Positions 32,214 through 33,227 of a stretch of 33,227 bases of DNA are shown here, one piece after another. Each line of letters opens with the position of its first letter. Within the stretch, counting starts at the first letter, position 1. The notes below the pieces were generated by a model. The model worked only from the letters and a program-made list of their open reading frames with translations, had not been told where the DNA came from and searched no databases. The stretch comes from Lenisia limosa (Eukaryota; Protista; Breviatea), in NCBI GenBank assembly GCA_001655205.1, contig LPNZ01009898.1, forward strand, positions 1-33,227, given 5' to 3'. The translations under genes were made by a program, and so were the position numbers.

Positions 32214-33227
32214 ATGGCTGGTACTAACATAGTTAGAAGCGGAAATGTGTTTTCGCGGGCCAAGACACCTCCTCGCGCTCGCCCTCAAGATTTGCTCCAT
32301 GGAACTAAGAAAGAGGTCTGTTCTCTTCGCTGCTTGACCGCTTTTTGTACAAAACAGCGATTGACCATTTTAGAAGGCAGTTGTAGACGATGAAGTGGAC
32401 CCATTCGAGTCGTTCATGGCGCAGATCAACGCAACCACAACACAGCAGGACACCACGCCAATGTCCATGCCCAAGGCTGTTGACCCTTCTTTTGTGGTAC
32501 GTTGGCTGGATCTAGGTGCAATAATTCTTTTAATATGAAAATTCATTCTTGCAAGTCAAGATTTTATTCAAGCAATCTTTTCTTATGGGTGTCGTCTCCG
32601 CTCTTCTTTCCATTCCTTTTTTTCTGAGAGCATATTTCTGTCCTCCGCCTGACAAATAGCAGGCGGCAGCGGAAGAGGAGAGAGAAAGAGAGCCAACTCG
32701 TGAGAACTTCAATAGAATGTCTCCCCCAAAGGTTGGCGGATTGGAACCAGTCTGAAGTGAAAAGTAAAGAGGCATCTGCCATCCCGAGAGTCTTCTCACG
32801 ACACAGCACCTTCACAACCCCAAGTTGGCCTCCAAATTTGCGGCACCAGTGGTAGAGGAATCAACTGTCAAACCTATGAAGGCCTTCCCAGACATGGCGG
32901 CAAGGGTGGGGTAACGATGTGGATATTCCCCCTCTTCATTTTTTTTTTTTTTTCATTTTCCAGTGCTTAGCTCTGGAATTGATAATTTTGGTAATGAACA
33001 TTGTAATATTATTCCCAGGACACCCTCTCACCTTATAGTCTTTCACAGGAGGACGGTTTGATGATGATGATGATGGGAGTGACAGAAACTTTGGCAGTAT
33101 GCTGGACTAATAGTGTCTTACGCTTTATGTATTCACATATAATAATATGAATGTTCATACTCACCCTTTTTTGAAATGAGGTTGAATCTTCTTACATAGA
33201 TGTCTTAAATTAATGTTCTTTGTATAG
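32214..33227 (+). CDS. 5' part of a multi-exon gene with an N-terminal DEVDPFESFMAQI motif (possibly a DDX42/DDX46-type spliceosomal helicase); 3' truncated
   Basis: ATG 32214 MAGTNIVRSGNVFSRAKTPP...KKE|KAVVDDEVDPFESFMAQIN...|QAAAEEERKE...|GRFDDDDDGSD. A DP(L/F)xxFM motif occurs in the N-termini of DDX42/DDX46 but is not unique to them, and no helicase motif lies in the window. The window ends on an acceptor AG. Confidence 0.4.

Noticed and set aside
32213-32216. Palindromic CCATGG providing overlapping ATGs on both strands
   Set aside because: The minus-strand reading stops after about 30 codons and I could not splice it in frame to the downstream exon; probably coincidence.
1-33227. Alternative genetic code, transposons, tRNA or rRNA genes
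   Set aside because: All spliced models read in the standard code without in-frame stops. I saw no transposase or RT motifs, TIRs, LTRs, cloverleafs or rRNA-like sequence by eye; Infernal or tRNAscan would be decisive.

Overview
Gene-dense, intron-rich eukaryotic (probably protist) genomic DNA with short GT-AG introns (mostly about 40-100 nt) and six N-gaps. The supplied prokaryote-style ORF track fragments the real genes, so I traced the exons by hand. The main feature is an 18.1-kb minus-strand locus (19863 to about 1753). Its roughly 52 exons join in frame into one protein of about 4,200 aa: an N-terminal kinesin motor with a degenerate switch II (FGILAGSE instead of FVDLAGSE), an acidic linker, about 3,450 aa of coiled coil (two ~3.5-kb exons, one holding a 35-unit 14-aa tandem array with higher-order repeats), two LC8-type xQTED motifs, a PH domain and a Pro/Arg-rich tail. 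The other genes are a 5'-truncated SurE nucleotidase (+), ETF beta (+, head-to-head with the kinesin), a Bin3/MePCE methyltransferase (-), an orphan secreted beta-rich protein (-), a TMEM144-like DMT transporter (+), an orphan membrane protein (-) and a 3'-truncated gene with a DPFESFM motif (+). I see no tRNA, rRNA, CRISPR array or transposon. All gene models are manual and lack transcript support.
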